From a virus: 64,000 nucleotides of DNA. A program made the position numbers and the translations under genes. Positions 10,396 to 21,600 of this stretch are shown piece after piece. Each line of letters begins with the position of its first letter. Positions within the stretch are counted from its first letter, which is position 1. A model generated the notes under the pieces. It worked only from the letters and a program-made list of their open reading frames with translations, ran no database searches and was not told the origin of the DNA. The DNA lies in IMG/VR virus record IMGVR_UViG_3300032046_006283, positions 9,125 through 73,124 of that record; one strand, written 5' to 3'.

Positions 10396-12302
10396 TTTCT
10401 CCTAAATGATTCTTTTCCGCCTATTCTATCTTTTGCACTGCTTTTATTACTTCTAAAGCCTTTAAATAAAGAATCACCTTTTTGAGGATTTATAACTCTA
10501 CCTAAAGATATAGGTGAACCTAAATTCTTATGTAACTCTCTAATAGTTTTACTTGACATTTCTTTTCTTATGGCTAATCTATATACTAAATTTGCGGTGC
10601 AAACCGCAAAATCATCTGAAGTAATTGGACCTGAAGTAGGAGCTGCATAGTATACAGTCCCGCCGGCGATAATTTTTTGTAGATATTTAAGTTCTAATTT
10701 TAATTTATTAACCCAATTCTCAGTTGGATCAGAATCCATTTCATAACACAATACTTGCCCTTGATTTAATTTTTCTAAAAAAGTTCCAAATATTTCACCT
10801 TTATATTGATTCGTGAAAGTTGTTTCAAATGCGGGTAATTTCATCTTTCTTAATGTATGAATACTATTAACTGAATTCCATTGATCATAACAAATCTCCA
10901 TTACTTGTTTTCCAGCTGCGTTTAAATTCGAAATCAAATTTAATAAATAATTCATTACAATATCAGGATCAATTCTTTCCACAACAATATGGCCATCACC
11001 TAAATTCTTTGTAGTAGGTTCAAAACCTTTCAATCCATCCACCCAATACTTTTCAGAAGGGCGATCCTCTCTATGTCCCCAAGCAAGAGCATAAGTATCT
11101 GACTTGCTCGCGGGATCAATTGTAATAATATACAATTGTCCAGGTCTTCCTCGTAATAATATAGGAGCGCTCGGTACAACCATTTCGTCTACTTTTTCGG
11201 GATTCAAGAACGAAGAAGCAGGTTCTCCAAAGTGGCCTCCATATTCCATCGAAGCAGATATTGGATCTTTAATAAAATCAACATTAAAATCTTCTCTTTT
11301 AAATCTTGGATTTGCTTGCCAAGTTGATAATTGAAAAAGTAAATAATTTGGATTCGGTATAGCTTTTTCACCCTCGTTTTGTTCTTTACCACCAGCTAAA
11401 CAATATAAATAGTAAAACTCTCCTGCTTTTTCTGCAGGACTCGAAATTGCAACAATTAATCCATCTTTTCCAAAATCTTTTACAGAAGGTGTCAAAGCTG
11501 TCCACATTGCATGATCAGTTTGAGGAGATTCAATAACTTCTAAAGTTGAACGTTTATATTTAGATCGTCCAAAATGACCGAATTCATCAAAAATAAGGAT
11601 CAGGATTGCTTTTCCTCTTTTAGTTGCTGCAGATGTAGTAACCGATTCAATACAAACAGAACCACGCAGAATATTCTTTTTCATTACTCCTTTTTTACGT
11701 GACTCATTGTATTTACGAATTTGAGAATTCAAAAACAAATCATATGGAGAAAACAATCGCAATTCAGTTTCATTGTCTTTATCAAAATCAATATATTTTT
11801 GAAAAAATTCAAGTTTTTTGACATTATCTTTTATTAATTGGAAAGTTTCCTTAGCCTGCTCACCGTCCGAAGCACAATTCATTATGTATATAGGATGTCT
11901 TTCTCTTATTTGATAATGCCTTTGAGGATTGCCCTTACATATTAGTTTGTAAGCTTCATAAGTTGCAATCCAAGAAACTAAAGATGATTTACTTCCCCTT
12001 CTTCCAATAACAAGAATTAAAACTTCTATAATTTGATTTATATCTTTGCTATCAAAACGAAAATCAATTTCCCACTCAGTTTTTAAAGCATCAAGGAGAT
12101 TTTTTTCTTCTTCAGTAAAAGGATACTTTTGCCACAAACCATATAATACTTTCAAAACAAGACTTTGAAATGGAAATGGGTTTTCACTTAACCATTTATG
12201 AGAAGTGGCGAAGATTAAAGCATCAACAGGTTCAACAGGAGAAGTTAATTCTATTTTTTCATTATATTTTTCATTTATAAAATCTTTAAACATTGATTTC
12301 AC
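10389..12302 (-). CDS. terL: Terminase large subunit
   Basis: Walker A-like GRRGSKS, Walker B LIFDE, coupling motif ISSP, RNase H-like nuclease motifs IDPA / YDQWNS / DD. Confidence 0.85.
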   Translation of the reverse strand: MKSMFKDFINEKYNEKIELTSPVEPVDALIFATSHKWLSENPFPFQSLVLKVLYGLWQKYPFTEEEKNLLDALKTEWEIDFRFDSKDINQIIEVLILVIGRRGSKSSLVSWIATYEAYKLICKGNPQRHYQIRERHPIYIMNCASDGEQAKETFQLIKDNVKKLEFFQKYIDFDKDNETELRLFSPYDLFLNSQIRKYNESRKKGVMKKNILRGSVCIESVTTSAATKRGKAILILIFDEFGHFGRSKYKRSTLEVIESPQTDHAMWTALTPSVKDFGKDGLIVAISSPAEKAGEFYYLYCLAGGKEQNEGEKAIPNPNYLLFQLSTWQANPRFKREDFNVDFIKDPISASMEYGGHFGEPASSFLNPEKVDEMVVPSAPILLRGRPGQLYIITIDPASKSDTYALAWGHREDRPSEKYWVDGLKGFEPTTKNLGDGHIVVERIDPDIVMNYLLNLISNLNAAGKQVMEICYDQWNSVNSIHTLRKMKLPAFETTFTNQYKGEIFGTFLEKLNQGQVLCYEMDSDPTENWVNKLKLELKYLQKIIAGGTVYYAAPTSGPITSDDFAVCTANLVYRLAIRKEMSSKTIRELHKNLGSPISLGRVINPQKGDSLFKGFRSNKSSAKDRIGGKESFRRKW

Positions 12303-13095
12303 TTTTTAAACAATTATATTCTCTTAATCTTGTAATAAGTGTGTCTGTAGAACATCCAAAAAAAGTAGCTGTCTTTTTCAAAGTATTATTTTGAATAATA
12401 TAATAGTTAAATAATTCTTCTTTATTTATTTTATATTTAAAATGAGGACTGTTCTCTCCTATATTTGCCTTCCTTATTTTTTCCTTTGCTTTATCAGAAT
12501 GATGTTTACCATAAAAAGGATTGTTTTTGCCTTTTCGAGAGGCACTCATTTTTATCCTAGTGCTTAACGTCAATTTTTTACCTATATTTGCAATATATAT
12601 TTTTCTTCTAGTTTCTTCAGAACGTTTTTTCCCTTTATTAGACAATTTTATTTTTTGTATAGTTTCTAAAGAACGGGGCTTACCAAAATTTGGATTCAAT
12701 TTCCCTTTTTTAGACTTACTCATTTTTCTTTTACTTTTCTCAGAAAATTTCAAACCTGTGCACCCTTCTCCTCCTAATGTTAAATTATAACCTTTACCAT
12801 TACTTATAAAAGAATCATACTGATGAATAAATTCTTTTTCTTTTATTTTTAATTCCTCAAAATTATCAGAAAAATAAATTTCTTTATATTCAAAATTTTT
12901 TAAACCATATTCTGCAATTTTTCTATCAACCAATTGACTTTCTTTAACTTTACCCTCTTTACATTTCTGTGCCCACCATATATGATCTTTCCATCGCCGT
13001 TGATAATTTGTAGAATCAATACCAATGTAGTATTTATTATTTATTTTATTTTTTATATAATATGTTACACCCATATTATTCTTCATCACTTTCAT
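12286..13095 (-). CDS. GIY-YIG homing endonuclease with NUMOD3 repeats, between terS and terL
   Basis: VTYYIKNKINNKYYIG, RRW, GYNLTLGGEG, repeated (H/R)SxE(T/S)K/RxKI/M and NPFYGKHHS. Confidence 0.85.
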   Translation of the reverse strand: MKVMKNNMGVTYYIKNKINNKYYIGIDSTNYQRRWKDHIWWAQKCKEGKVKESQLVDRKIAEYGLKNFEYKEIYFSDNFEELKIKEKEFIHQYDSFISNGKGYNLTLGGEGCTGLKFSEKSKRKMSKSKKGKLNPNFGKPRSLETIQKIKLSNKGKKRSEETRRKIYIANIGKKLTLSTRIKMSASRKGKNNPFYGKHHSDKAKEKIRKANIGENSPHFKYKINKEELFNYYIIQNNTLKKTATFFGCSTDTLITRLREYNCLKSEINV

Positions 13096-13843
13096 TGTCT
13101 ATAATTTTTGCATCAGCAATTACCATATCTTTAGGATTTAACAATGGGGTTATTTTTTCATCTAATTTTTCAATAAATCTTTCTTTAACTCTATCTCGAA
13201 CTACAGGATCATCTATTTCTTCGATTAACACATCTACAAAATCTTCAATAAACTTTTTTATTCCTTCTTTAATGTTTTGTATCATAACAATGTTCACATT
13301 AACTACTCCAGGACCTTGTTCTATTTTCATGTGAGTCAACAAATCCTTAGTAAGGCCTTTCATAATTTCATCAATTGCAGATGTTACTTCTTGTATTTCT
13401 TTTCTATAAAAAAGACTTTTTTCACTTTCTGGTTTACTTTCCAAACTCTTTTTAAGTGCTAAAAGTTCCCAAAGATTTTTAATACGTGCATCGTATAATA
13501 AGTTCACGGTTTTTATTTTATTCAGAGTTTCATTATATTTTTGTTGATACAATTCAACAACTGCTGGACTAAAATCTGTCAATGTAAGTTCCCGTTTCTT
13601 TTCTTCAATTTGAGCTGCCTTTTTTGGATCGCAATGATGTTTATGACTATTAATATTAGTGCCAGTCAAGCCTCCAGGAATCTGAGATCCCCACTTATCA
13701 ATAATTTCATGATAAGTCATTGTACCTTCTAAAAGAACAATAGTAATTTCATTTAAAAAAGAAGACTGACAAATCTTACATCTTTTAGAAACTCTAAGGA
13801 GTCCTTTAACTTTAGGTTTTTCTTGATTTTTTGATTCCGCCAT
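13076..13843 (-). CDS. terS: Probable terminase small subunit
   Basis: N-terminal CxxC...HTH...HxxH followed by a coiled coil; position upstream of terL. Confidence 0.6.
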   Translation of the reverse strand: MAESKNQEKPKVKGLLRVSKRCKICQSSFLNEITIVLLEGTMTYHEIIDKWGSQIPGGLTGTNINSHKHHCDPKKAAQIEEKKRELTLTDFSPAVVELYQQKYNETLNKIKTVNLLYDARIKNLWELLALKKSLESKPESEKSLFYRKEIQEVTSAIDEIMKGLTKDLLTHMKIEQGPGVVNVNIVMIQNIKEGIKKFIEDFVDVLIEEIDDPVVRDRVKERFIEKLDEKITPLLNPKDMVIADAKIIDNESDEE

Positions 13844-13849
13844 AATTTT

Positions 13850-14002
13850 TTAGTTAAATTTAACTTTTTCTTTTACTTTTTTTAAAAGGTTGCATCCCGG
13901 ATCAGCGCATTTATAAAGTTTCATTTTTATGCCTTCTTTTAAATCACCAATCGTTACACCATTTTTACAAAGTATCATTTCTTTACCGCATGTACATTTC
14001 AT
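13850..14002 (-). CDS. Small zinc-ribbon protein (50 aa, absent from the ORF track)
   Basis: Manual translation MKCTCGKEM...YKCADPGC; fills the intergenic gap. Confidence 0.5.
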   Translation of the reverse strand: MKCTCGKEMILCKNGVTIGDLKEGIKMKLYKCADPGCNLLKKVKEKVKFN

Positions 14003-14010
14003 ACTTACAC

Positions 14011-15429
14011 CTACTTTCTTTCAAACTCTTTACCATTGTATCGAGCAATGATAGTATTTTTATTTTCATCACACGTCTCTAAATTTACAGGACGTGTCCA
14101 AATTTCATATATATATTTCAATGTATAATTCATATAATTTTCATGTAAAGGAATATTTTCGTGTCTATGTTTTAAAAATAATTCTTTTGTATTATTATAA
14201 TTATCGTCAACAAGATCTATAATTGGTAATCCATGATTAGATAATAAAAACAAAAATTTTTGTTTTATATTATCAAAATCACGACTTGAAATTTTATATT
14301 GTTCATCTCTTTTGTCATAATCATATGTAAACAACTTATGTTCTTTACACATATCTTCTGTAAAGAATTCATCTACAAAATTTACGTCGTCAAATAACTT
14401 AACAACTTCAAAAATTTTTTCTTTACCTTTGTTCCATTTTTTATCCCAATTTTTCTTCATTTCAATATCAATACATAAATTCCAATCAGAACCAGTTCTA
14501 CCTTTATTCCAACGGAGTTCAATATCTTGAAACAACATAAGACCTAATTTATAAGGATTAAAGATACTTGAAGAAAGAATGCGTGAACAATGATCTGCAA
14601 ATTCTACTAAATCAGAATCGTTAAGATATTTTGGTGCTAATTTTGTATGAACATAAGTTGCAAACCCTTCATTCATGATTTTAGTTTTTATTAAAGATAA
14701 AAAATATTTACTTTCTTCCCGAACCATAGCTATAATATCTTGTTTCCAATCATCAATAGGTGCATTTTTAGCTAAAAATAATAAAACATCTTGAGTAAAT
14801 TCAAACTTCTTTTCTTTCTTCTTTGCTTTCATTTTTTCTTTTTGTTGCTCAATATATTCATGTGGATTTATATAAGAATCCATATATTTCTTATCAACTT
14901 GTATTTTTAGAACATCTTCTTCTTCTTCTTTAATTTGTTGATTTAACTTCAGAAATATATTTGGATCTATTAAATCTTCAATAGAAAGACAAAGAGTAAT
15001 AAAGTGTTCAACCTCATCTATTCCATATTTTTCTATATAATTGTTAATTCTTTTTTCATGATTTTTTAATGCTTCAATCATTAATGGATTTACTTTAGAA
15101 CACCACAAATTATTTTTAAAAAAATGAGAATGTCCAAAAACATGCATAATTACCATTTTTTGAAGTGCATCAGAATTTGCTTTATCCAAATACGCAATAG
15201 AAGGAGTTGTATTCAAAACCATTTCATATATATGACTTAAACCATAAACATGCAATTTATATAAATATTCAAATTGTTCTCCCCACCGCCAATGGGCATA
15301 ACGATTAGGAAATCCTGAATATGCTGCTAAACTACAAAGTTCCTTATAATCAACAAATAAAAATTCTACAGGATGAAAATCTAATCCAAAATCTTGAGCA
15401 ATAGATTCTAAGTCTTCAAAATTTATCAA
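14011..15429 (-). CDS. spoVR: SpoVR/YcgB family protein
   Basis: GFPNRYAHWRWG, IYEMVLN, HVFGHSHFFKNN, TKIMNEGFAT, NPYKLG. Confidence 0.92.
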   Translation of the reverse strand: MINFEDLESIAQDFGLDFHPVEFLFVDYKELCSLAAYSGFPNRYAHWRWGEQFEYLYKLHVYGLSHIYEMVLNTTPSIAYLDKANSDALQKMVIMHVFGHSHFFKNNLWCSKVNPLMIEALKNHEKRINNYIEKYGIDEVEHFITLCLSIEDLIDPNIFLKLNQQIKEEEEDVLKIQVDKKYMDSYINPHEYIEQQKEKMKAKKKEKKFEFTQDVLLFLAKNAPIDDWKQDIIAMVREESKYFLSLIKTKIMNEGFATYVHTKLAPKYLNDSDLVEFADHCSRILSSSIFNPYKLGLMLFQDIELRWNKGRTGSDWNLCIDIEMKKNWDKKWNKGKEKIFEVVKLFDDVNFVDEFFTEDMCKEHKLFTYDYDKRDEQYKISSRDFDNIKQKFLFLLSNHGLPIIDLVDDNYNNTKELFLKHRHENIPLHENYMNYTLKYIYEIWTRPVNLETCDENKNTIIARYNGKEFERK

Positions 15430-16544
15430 TTGACTTTCTCCTTTCTTGTTCCAAGAAAATCAATCAATGTTTGAAAAATACCATCTTTATCTTTCAATTT
15501 ACTTATTAAATAATTATCAAAACTTCCTGTTAAATCTTCTAACTTTTCTGAAAACCTTTTGTTTTCATAGTATGAGGGTTCTCCAACTTCTGCATAACAA
15601 AAAAGATTTATATTAGGTAATATATCTTTTTCCAAATATCCTTTTGAATCTTTATCATCTTCTCCACCAAAAGTTTCTCCATCAGAAAAATGAAAAACAT
15701 AAACATTTACTGTTTCTGGAGGAAATCTTTTTCTTAAAATTTCATTACATAATTTATAAGCATCAGAAAAATAAGTACCGCCGCCAGTAGATAAAGAAAA
15801 AAATTGTTCTCGATTAACTTCTTTAGCATTTGTATCATGCACAATATATACAACATCCACTTGTTTATAATGAACCTTTATCCAAATATCTATCCAAAAA
15901 ATTGTTTGTCGTATAAGTTGTTTTAATTCATCATCAATAGATCCAGAAATATCTTGAATTAAAACTATAACTGCTTGATTTATAGGTTCCTCAATAGTCT
16001 TCCAAGTTTTATAACGTTTATCCTTTTTTACTGGAATTATTTTTGGATCTTTAAAATCAAAAGTTCCTTCTACAATACTTCGTTTTAATGCTTCTTTAAA
16101 TGTCCTTTTAGAATGTTTTAATGATTCAGGCCCAATACGCCCTATTCCTGTAAACTTATCTTTTATTACTTTAACATTTTTACGTCCTTTAGGTTTTAAT
16201 CGAGGTAAATTCAATTCCTTAGCTAAGATATTTGCTAATTCTTCAAAAGTAATATCTACTTCAATTGCATGATCTCCAGGAGAACTGCCTGCTTTTTTTT
16301 CACCTGTATTATCTGGGCTCATATCTAAAGGATCTCCAATATTTCCTTCTCCGGCACCTACACCACCTGTATTTTTCCTTCCATATTTAAAATGAGGAAT
16401 ATCAATCTGAGGAACTGGTATTTTAATAACTTTTGATCCTTCTTTTCCAACAAAATGTTCTGTTTGAATAAACTTTCGAATATTTGATTTTATATATCCT
16501 TCAACCAATTTTTTAAATCTAGACCTATCTCTTGTAATATTCAT
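15426..16544 (-). CDS. yeaH: YeaH/YhbH (DUF444) vWA-like protein
   Basis: IPxPxIDIPHFKYG, GVGAGEG, DISGS, GGGTYFS, HFSDGE; operon position. Confidence 0.9.
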   Translation of the reverse strand: MNITRDRSRFKKLVEGYIKSNIRKFIQTEHFVGKEGSKVIKIPVPQIDIPHFKYGRKNTGGVGAGEGNIGDPLDMSPDNTGEKKAGSSPGDHAIEVDITFEELANILAKELNLPRLKPKGRKNVKVIKDKFTGIGRIGPESLKHSKRTFKEALKRSIVEGTFDFKDPKIIPVKKDKRYKTWKTIEEPINQAVIVLIQDISGSIDDELKQLIRQTIFWIDIWIKVHYKQVDVVYIVHDTNAKEVNREQFFSLSTGGGTYFSDAYKLCNEILRKRFPPETVNVYVFHFSDGETFGGEDDKDSKGYLEKDILPNINLFCYAEVGEPSYYENKRFSEKLEDLTGSFDNYLISKLKDKDGIFQTLIDFLGTRKEKVN

Positions 16545-18571
16545 TATTTTTCTTCCCGCGCTATAATACTTCCTACATATGCTAGTACATTTTCAGCACA
16601 TTCATCACAATATCCATAAACTTCTTTTAACCTTTTCTTTAGTGCATTTAATTTCTCAAGTGTATCATCATCTTTTACTGTTGAAACAGCACCAGAAAGT
16701 TTAATATTGTGTTTCTGGTCCTTAAATAATTTCAACTCCAAAGCACGGTACAATCTTTCATTTGCCTTATAATCAAATGTTTTCTTTTCAATAGTTAAAC
16801 TTGCAATGTAGTTCATAATTTGAGTTCTAAATTCATCCTTTCGAGATTCAGATATATCAATTTCTTCCTCAATAGATCTCATTAACCTTTCATCGGGTTC
16901 CTCATATTGTTTAGTAAATTCATTTCTAACCTTTTCTTTCTGAATATACGCTCTAACATTTTCTATATAACTATTGCAAAGGCGTGCTAAAGCACTATCA
17001 TCTGCACACATTGCACGCTGTATTTCATTTTTTACAATTTCTGTATATTCCTCTTTGACAAGAGCAATAATTTCTTTGTACCTTTTTTTCACATCAATAG
17101 AAGAAATTAATGAATAGTGATCTAAGCCTTCTTCAAATTCTCTCAAAACTAAAAATGGATTTATACAATTTCCAGATTCTACATGCACTAAAGCATTTGA
17201 TATTTTATCTTGAACAAAACGAGGAGAAATTCCTTCCATACCTTCACCAATAGATTCATCTTTAATTTCATCTAAAGCTTCTTCATTAAAATCTGGAATT
17301 GTTTTTCCATTATATAACTTCATTTTATTTACTAAAGTCAAAGAAGCTTTCTTAGGATCTTTCAAACGTGTTAAAATAGCAAACATCGCAGCCACTTCTA
17401 ATGTATGCGGGGCCATATGTTTACCTACAATATTTTTCGGAGAAAAATCTTTTTCATAAATTTTAATTTCATTATTCAATTTTAAACAATATGGAATATC
17501 AATCTTTATTGTTCTATCTCTCAAAGCTTCCATATATTCATTAGATTGTAATTTTTTAAATTCAGCTTGATTTGTGTGACCAATTATTACTAAATCAATA
17601 TCAGTCTGTGCAAAATTCTTTGACTTAATTTTATGTTCCTGACTTGCACAAAGCAAATCATATAAAAAAGCAACATCTAATTTAAGAATTTCTATAAACT
17701 CTATAATACCTCTATTAGAAATGTTAAATTCTCCAGTAAAACTAAAAGCTCTTGGATCGGAATCAGAACCATAAATTGCTAACTTTCTATAATTAACATC
17801 TCCTGTTAATTCTGTACTATCCTGATTCTTTTCATCTTTCGGTTGAAACGTCCCTATTCCTATTCTATCTTTTTCAGAAAATGTAATTCGTTTTACAGTT
17901 ATATGTTCTAAAACTTTCGCCCAATCTCCTTTATAAAAATCCATCAAATTTTTAAATATATATCTACATGGAGGACATAATTCACTTTCTGCCATCAATT
18001 TTTTATCTGGAAACTTATCATAAAACTTTTGACGTAATTCTAAAGGAATCAAATGAACAGGGTCTTCATTCATTGGACATCTAAATTCTTTATCAGGACC
18101 AAAAATATTCTCTGTTTCTGGAGTTGATTTCCAACCAAAAGTAAAAATAGCTCCTGCATCAGTTTTAGAATATTCTTCAAGACCTTTTTTCAAAAGACGG
18201 ACAATAGTTGACTTAGAAGATCCTACAGGTCCATGCAACAAAATAATTCGTTTCTCAGGACCATAACCTAAAGAAGCTGAACGAAACAAATTTACTAAAT
18301 TCATCAAAGACTCTTCTAAATCATAAATTGCGTCCTTTCCATTATTAAGGGGGTCACTAAAAAATTTATAAATTATTACTCTTTTCTTACCAATTGTTTT
18401 TTCTTCGGTACCATAAAACAAAATCATATTATACAATCTACTAAAAGCTGTTTGTATCAAATTTGGATTCTCTTCAAGTTTTTCAATATAGTCTTTAAAG
18501 GAACCACGCCAGTGCAACTTTTTATAAAGCTCAGGATTCTGCGCTTCCTTCAGTTTTTCTACTATATCCAT
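16544..18571 (-). CDS. prkA: PrkA/YeaG AAA+ serine kinase family protein
   Basis: LLHGPVGSSKS, GIGTFQPKDEKNQD, SDPRAF, NRGIIEFIE, GHTN, EALRDR, GISPR. Confidence 0.93.
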   Translation of the reverse strand: MDIVEKLKEAQNPELYKKLHWRGSFKDYIEKLEENPNLIQTAFSRLYNMILFYGTEEKTIGKKRVIIYKFFSDPLNNGKDAIYDLEESLMNLVNLFRSASLGYGPEKRIILLHGPVGSSKSTIVRLLKKGLEEYSKTDAGAIFTFGWKSTPETENIFGPDKEFRCPMNEDPVHLIPLELRQKFYDKFPDKKLMAESELCPPCRYIFKNLMDFYKGDWAKVLEHITVKRITFSEKDRIGIGTFQPKDEKNQDSTELTGDVNYRKLAIYGSDSDPRAFSFTGEFNISNRGIIEFIEILKLDVAFLYDLLCASQEHKIKSKNFAQTDIDLVIIGHTNQAEFKKLQSNEYMEALRDRTIKIDIPYCLKLNNEIKIYEKDFSPKNIVGKHMAPHTLEVAAMFAILTRLKDPKKASLTLVNKMKLYNGKTIPDFNEEALDEIKDESIGEGMEGISPRFVQDKISNALVHVESGNCINPFLVLREFEEGLDHYSLISSIDVKKRYKEIIALVKEEYTEIVKNEIQRAMCADDSALARLCNSYIENVRAYIQKEKVRNEFTKQYEEPDERLMRSIEEEIDISESRKDEFRTQIMNYIASLTIEKKTFDYKANERLYRALELKLFKDQKHNIKLSGAVSTVKDDDTLEKLNALKKRLKEVYGYCDECAENVLAYVGSIIAREEK

Positions 18572-18621
18572 ATAAAGCCTCCTAAAAGGTTTTATGTTAC
18601 TTTACTTAAAAATAATTCTTT

Positions 18622-21600
18622 TTACAAAGCTAATTCTAATTGATTTCCCTCTTCTACAATCTCACTTAAAGATTTAATATATGCCCATAATCCTGATCCT
18701 AATTCTCGAATTGCATCAAATACATTAGCTTCTTTTGTAGAACCTTCTCGTTTTGGAAACATAGTAAGAACTCGTTGCTGAACCTCTTCATTCAATGAAC
18801 TCGCTCCACGTTCTGCTTTTTCTAAATAGATCTTTGCATCTTCACCGAATTTTTCCAAAAGCTTTTCCACTCTCCATTTATCCGAAGGTTTAAATTTCTT
18901 TTCTTTTACAGAAGTGTCTAAATACAAGAAAAATTCTCCAAGATCAATTACTTGAGTCTGAGCTTGTTCAACCAAAGAGGAGAGCTTTTCTATTCCTTCT
19001 TGTAATTCAGCGGCCTCTGTTACTGATCCATGTTCTTCCTGAATCTTTCTAATTTGTTCTTCTACTTTTGCCCTTGCTTCATCTACAAGAGATTTAATTT
19101 CGCCTAAGCGTTGTTTGTGATTTTGAACTTCATGAAAAGTTTTCTGCATTTCAGGAGTAGCAACAGGAGCTTCTTTTACTTCTTCTGATGAAGGTTCGCC
19201 GTGGGGCTTTGTTTTAAGTTCTTTAAACTCCGTTTTAGGTTTTTCTTTAACATCAACTTCTTCTAGTGCAAATCTTAATGAAGCTTCTTTTTCTAATAAA
19301 TACTCACCACCTAAAATATCTAATTCTTCTTTATATTTGTCCAAAGTAGGCCGAAAATGAACTTGCGTTTGAGGACTTAAAGTTCCAAACACACTTTCAA
19401 CTTCTTCTATCCACTTAGAAATTCTTTTTGCATTTTTTGCAGGATCTAAAAGTTTAACTTTCCCTGAATCCCAACCAGATAATACATCTAAGCCTCTATT
19501 TATTTTATCTAATATTTCTTGTATTGTTTCTTCTGAAACACTTTCTTTCTTCATAACTGAAAGTTTAGAAGCTTCTTTTTCTGTTTCCTCTTCTGGTTCG
19601 TATTCAACAGCAGGTAATACAACTTCTTCTAACTTCTCTGCGTGTTCTGTTTCATCCTCTGCCATATCTTTAAGAGCTTTTTCTGCTTTAGGACATTCAA
19701 CTTCTTTGGCCATATCATTATACATTTCAGCGCCTTCTTGTTCTTCTTCAATATGCTCCTCTACCATTTTTTCAGAAAGATCAGCTGTTTTCTTTATTGA
19801 AGCTTCTTTTTCTTCTGTTTCTTCTAAATTAGTAATTAAATCATCAATATCCTTTCTATACCATTTCTCCATTAAACTTAAATGATTTTTAAAATAATCT
19901 AACACTGTCTGAGCAGCTCTTTCAAGAGCATCATAATTTCTTTCGTCTGTAAATTCTTCTAAATCTGAAGCAACTTTGTTCTTCACATTTTGAGGAACAC
20001 TTCTAGACCTTGTGACTGCTTTAACAACATCAATAGCAAAATCTTCATCTGTAAGAACATAATCAGCAAAAATTTCAAATCTTTCTTCTGGAGTTTTTTC
20101 AAAAAGATCAGCTGTTTTTTCTTTTAAAAAAGCATAAGCAGCCTTTTCAAGATCAACCAAAGAATATAACATTTTTCTTCCATCTTCCAAAAGAACTTCA
20201 TAAGCAGTATATACTATTCCCGTTCTTGGTGATTTATAATTTGGAATAATATCAACAACGCTTCCTTTTAAACCTGCAATAGTTTTTACCTCATCACCTA
20301 CTGTAAAACTTTTTTCAGCCTTTTTTCGTATTTCTTGAACTATTTCGTTAGAAGATTTACCTTTTGTTGAATCAAAATCTTTTTTCTGAACTATTTTTTC
20401 CAAATTTTCTTTCTTTGCATGCACTACAGGATAGTGTTGATCTTTAAGTTTCTTGTCAATAATTTCTTCTAACTCTTTTCTGGTCATACGAGAAACTTCT
20501 GAAGTAATTTTAGTTAAATCAAAATCTAAAGGAATTTGGCCTGCTCTTACATAATCTTCAACAAGCATTCTTAAACGCTCTATTGGAATTTGTTTTCCTG
20601 TTTCGTCGGTTTCATGATAACCAGTAGGTTCAGCTTTTTTCTTTATTGAAGCTTCTTTTCCAAACTTTGCTTCTTCGTAATCTTCTTCTTTAAATTCAAA
20701 TCCTGGATGTTTTTCTTCTATAATCTTTTTAATTTCATTAAATGATTTTCCTTCTTTCACGCCTTCAGTTACAATTTCATAAATAAAAGGTGCAATGCCT
20801 TCTGCTGGAGAAGCTTTTTTAACCTTTTTATTTGAAGAAGCTTTCTTAGAAAAAACAAAAGTATCTTTATCAGCATGACCACAACCTATTAACTGACCTC
20901 CACAAATAGGGCATCTTTCAATATCGCAACCAAAATGATGAATGTTACCTAGTTTATTTACTATATTACAATCATGGCAGCGTTCATTCACATCGAAATA
21001 TGATGTATCTCTAAGATATCCTTTTCCTTTCAAATTAATATATTCTTTTGTACAGGTTTCCGTTTTAGGATCTGTCATTTCTAACATACACTCTTCACAT
21101 TTCACTGCTCTTTTTTGTAACGAAGCTGTTTTATGTCTATCTCCTTTTCTATGCCAAATACCTCCAGCAACATAGTTCATACATTTATCATGACTCCAAC
21201 CTTTTTCTCGCATACAGGTTTGAACCATACTTTCAAGTTCTTCTTTTTCTGGAGCGGTTTTGGTTAAAGAAGCTGCTTTTTCCATTTCTTCTATTCTTTC
21301 ACTTCCACAATAAGGACATTTAAATTCATTTTCTACCCATTCTTCATGAGTCATAGTTTCTCCACAGTCTAAACATAGGCCCAGTCTATATTCTTCTTCT
21401 TCTTCCTCTGATTCTTCTTCCGCAGCAGATTTAGTAGTAGTAGGTATTATAGAAGAACCTCCTCTAAACATTTTTTGAACAGCTCTATCTTCTTCAGGAA
21501 GAATTCCTTGATTTGATTCTTCATAAGGAACACCAAAATCTGGATCTACATCTGTTTGTTTTGCAACACTATAATCTGGATCTGGATCAGTAAAAGGAAC

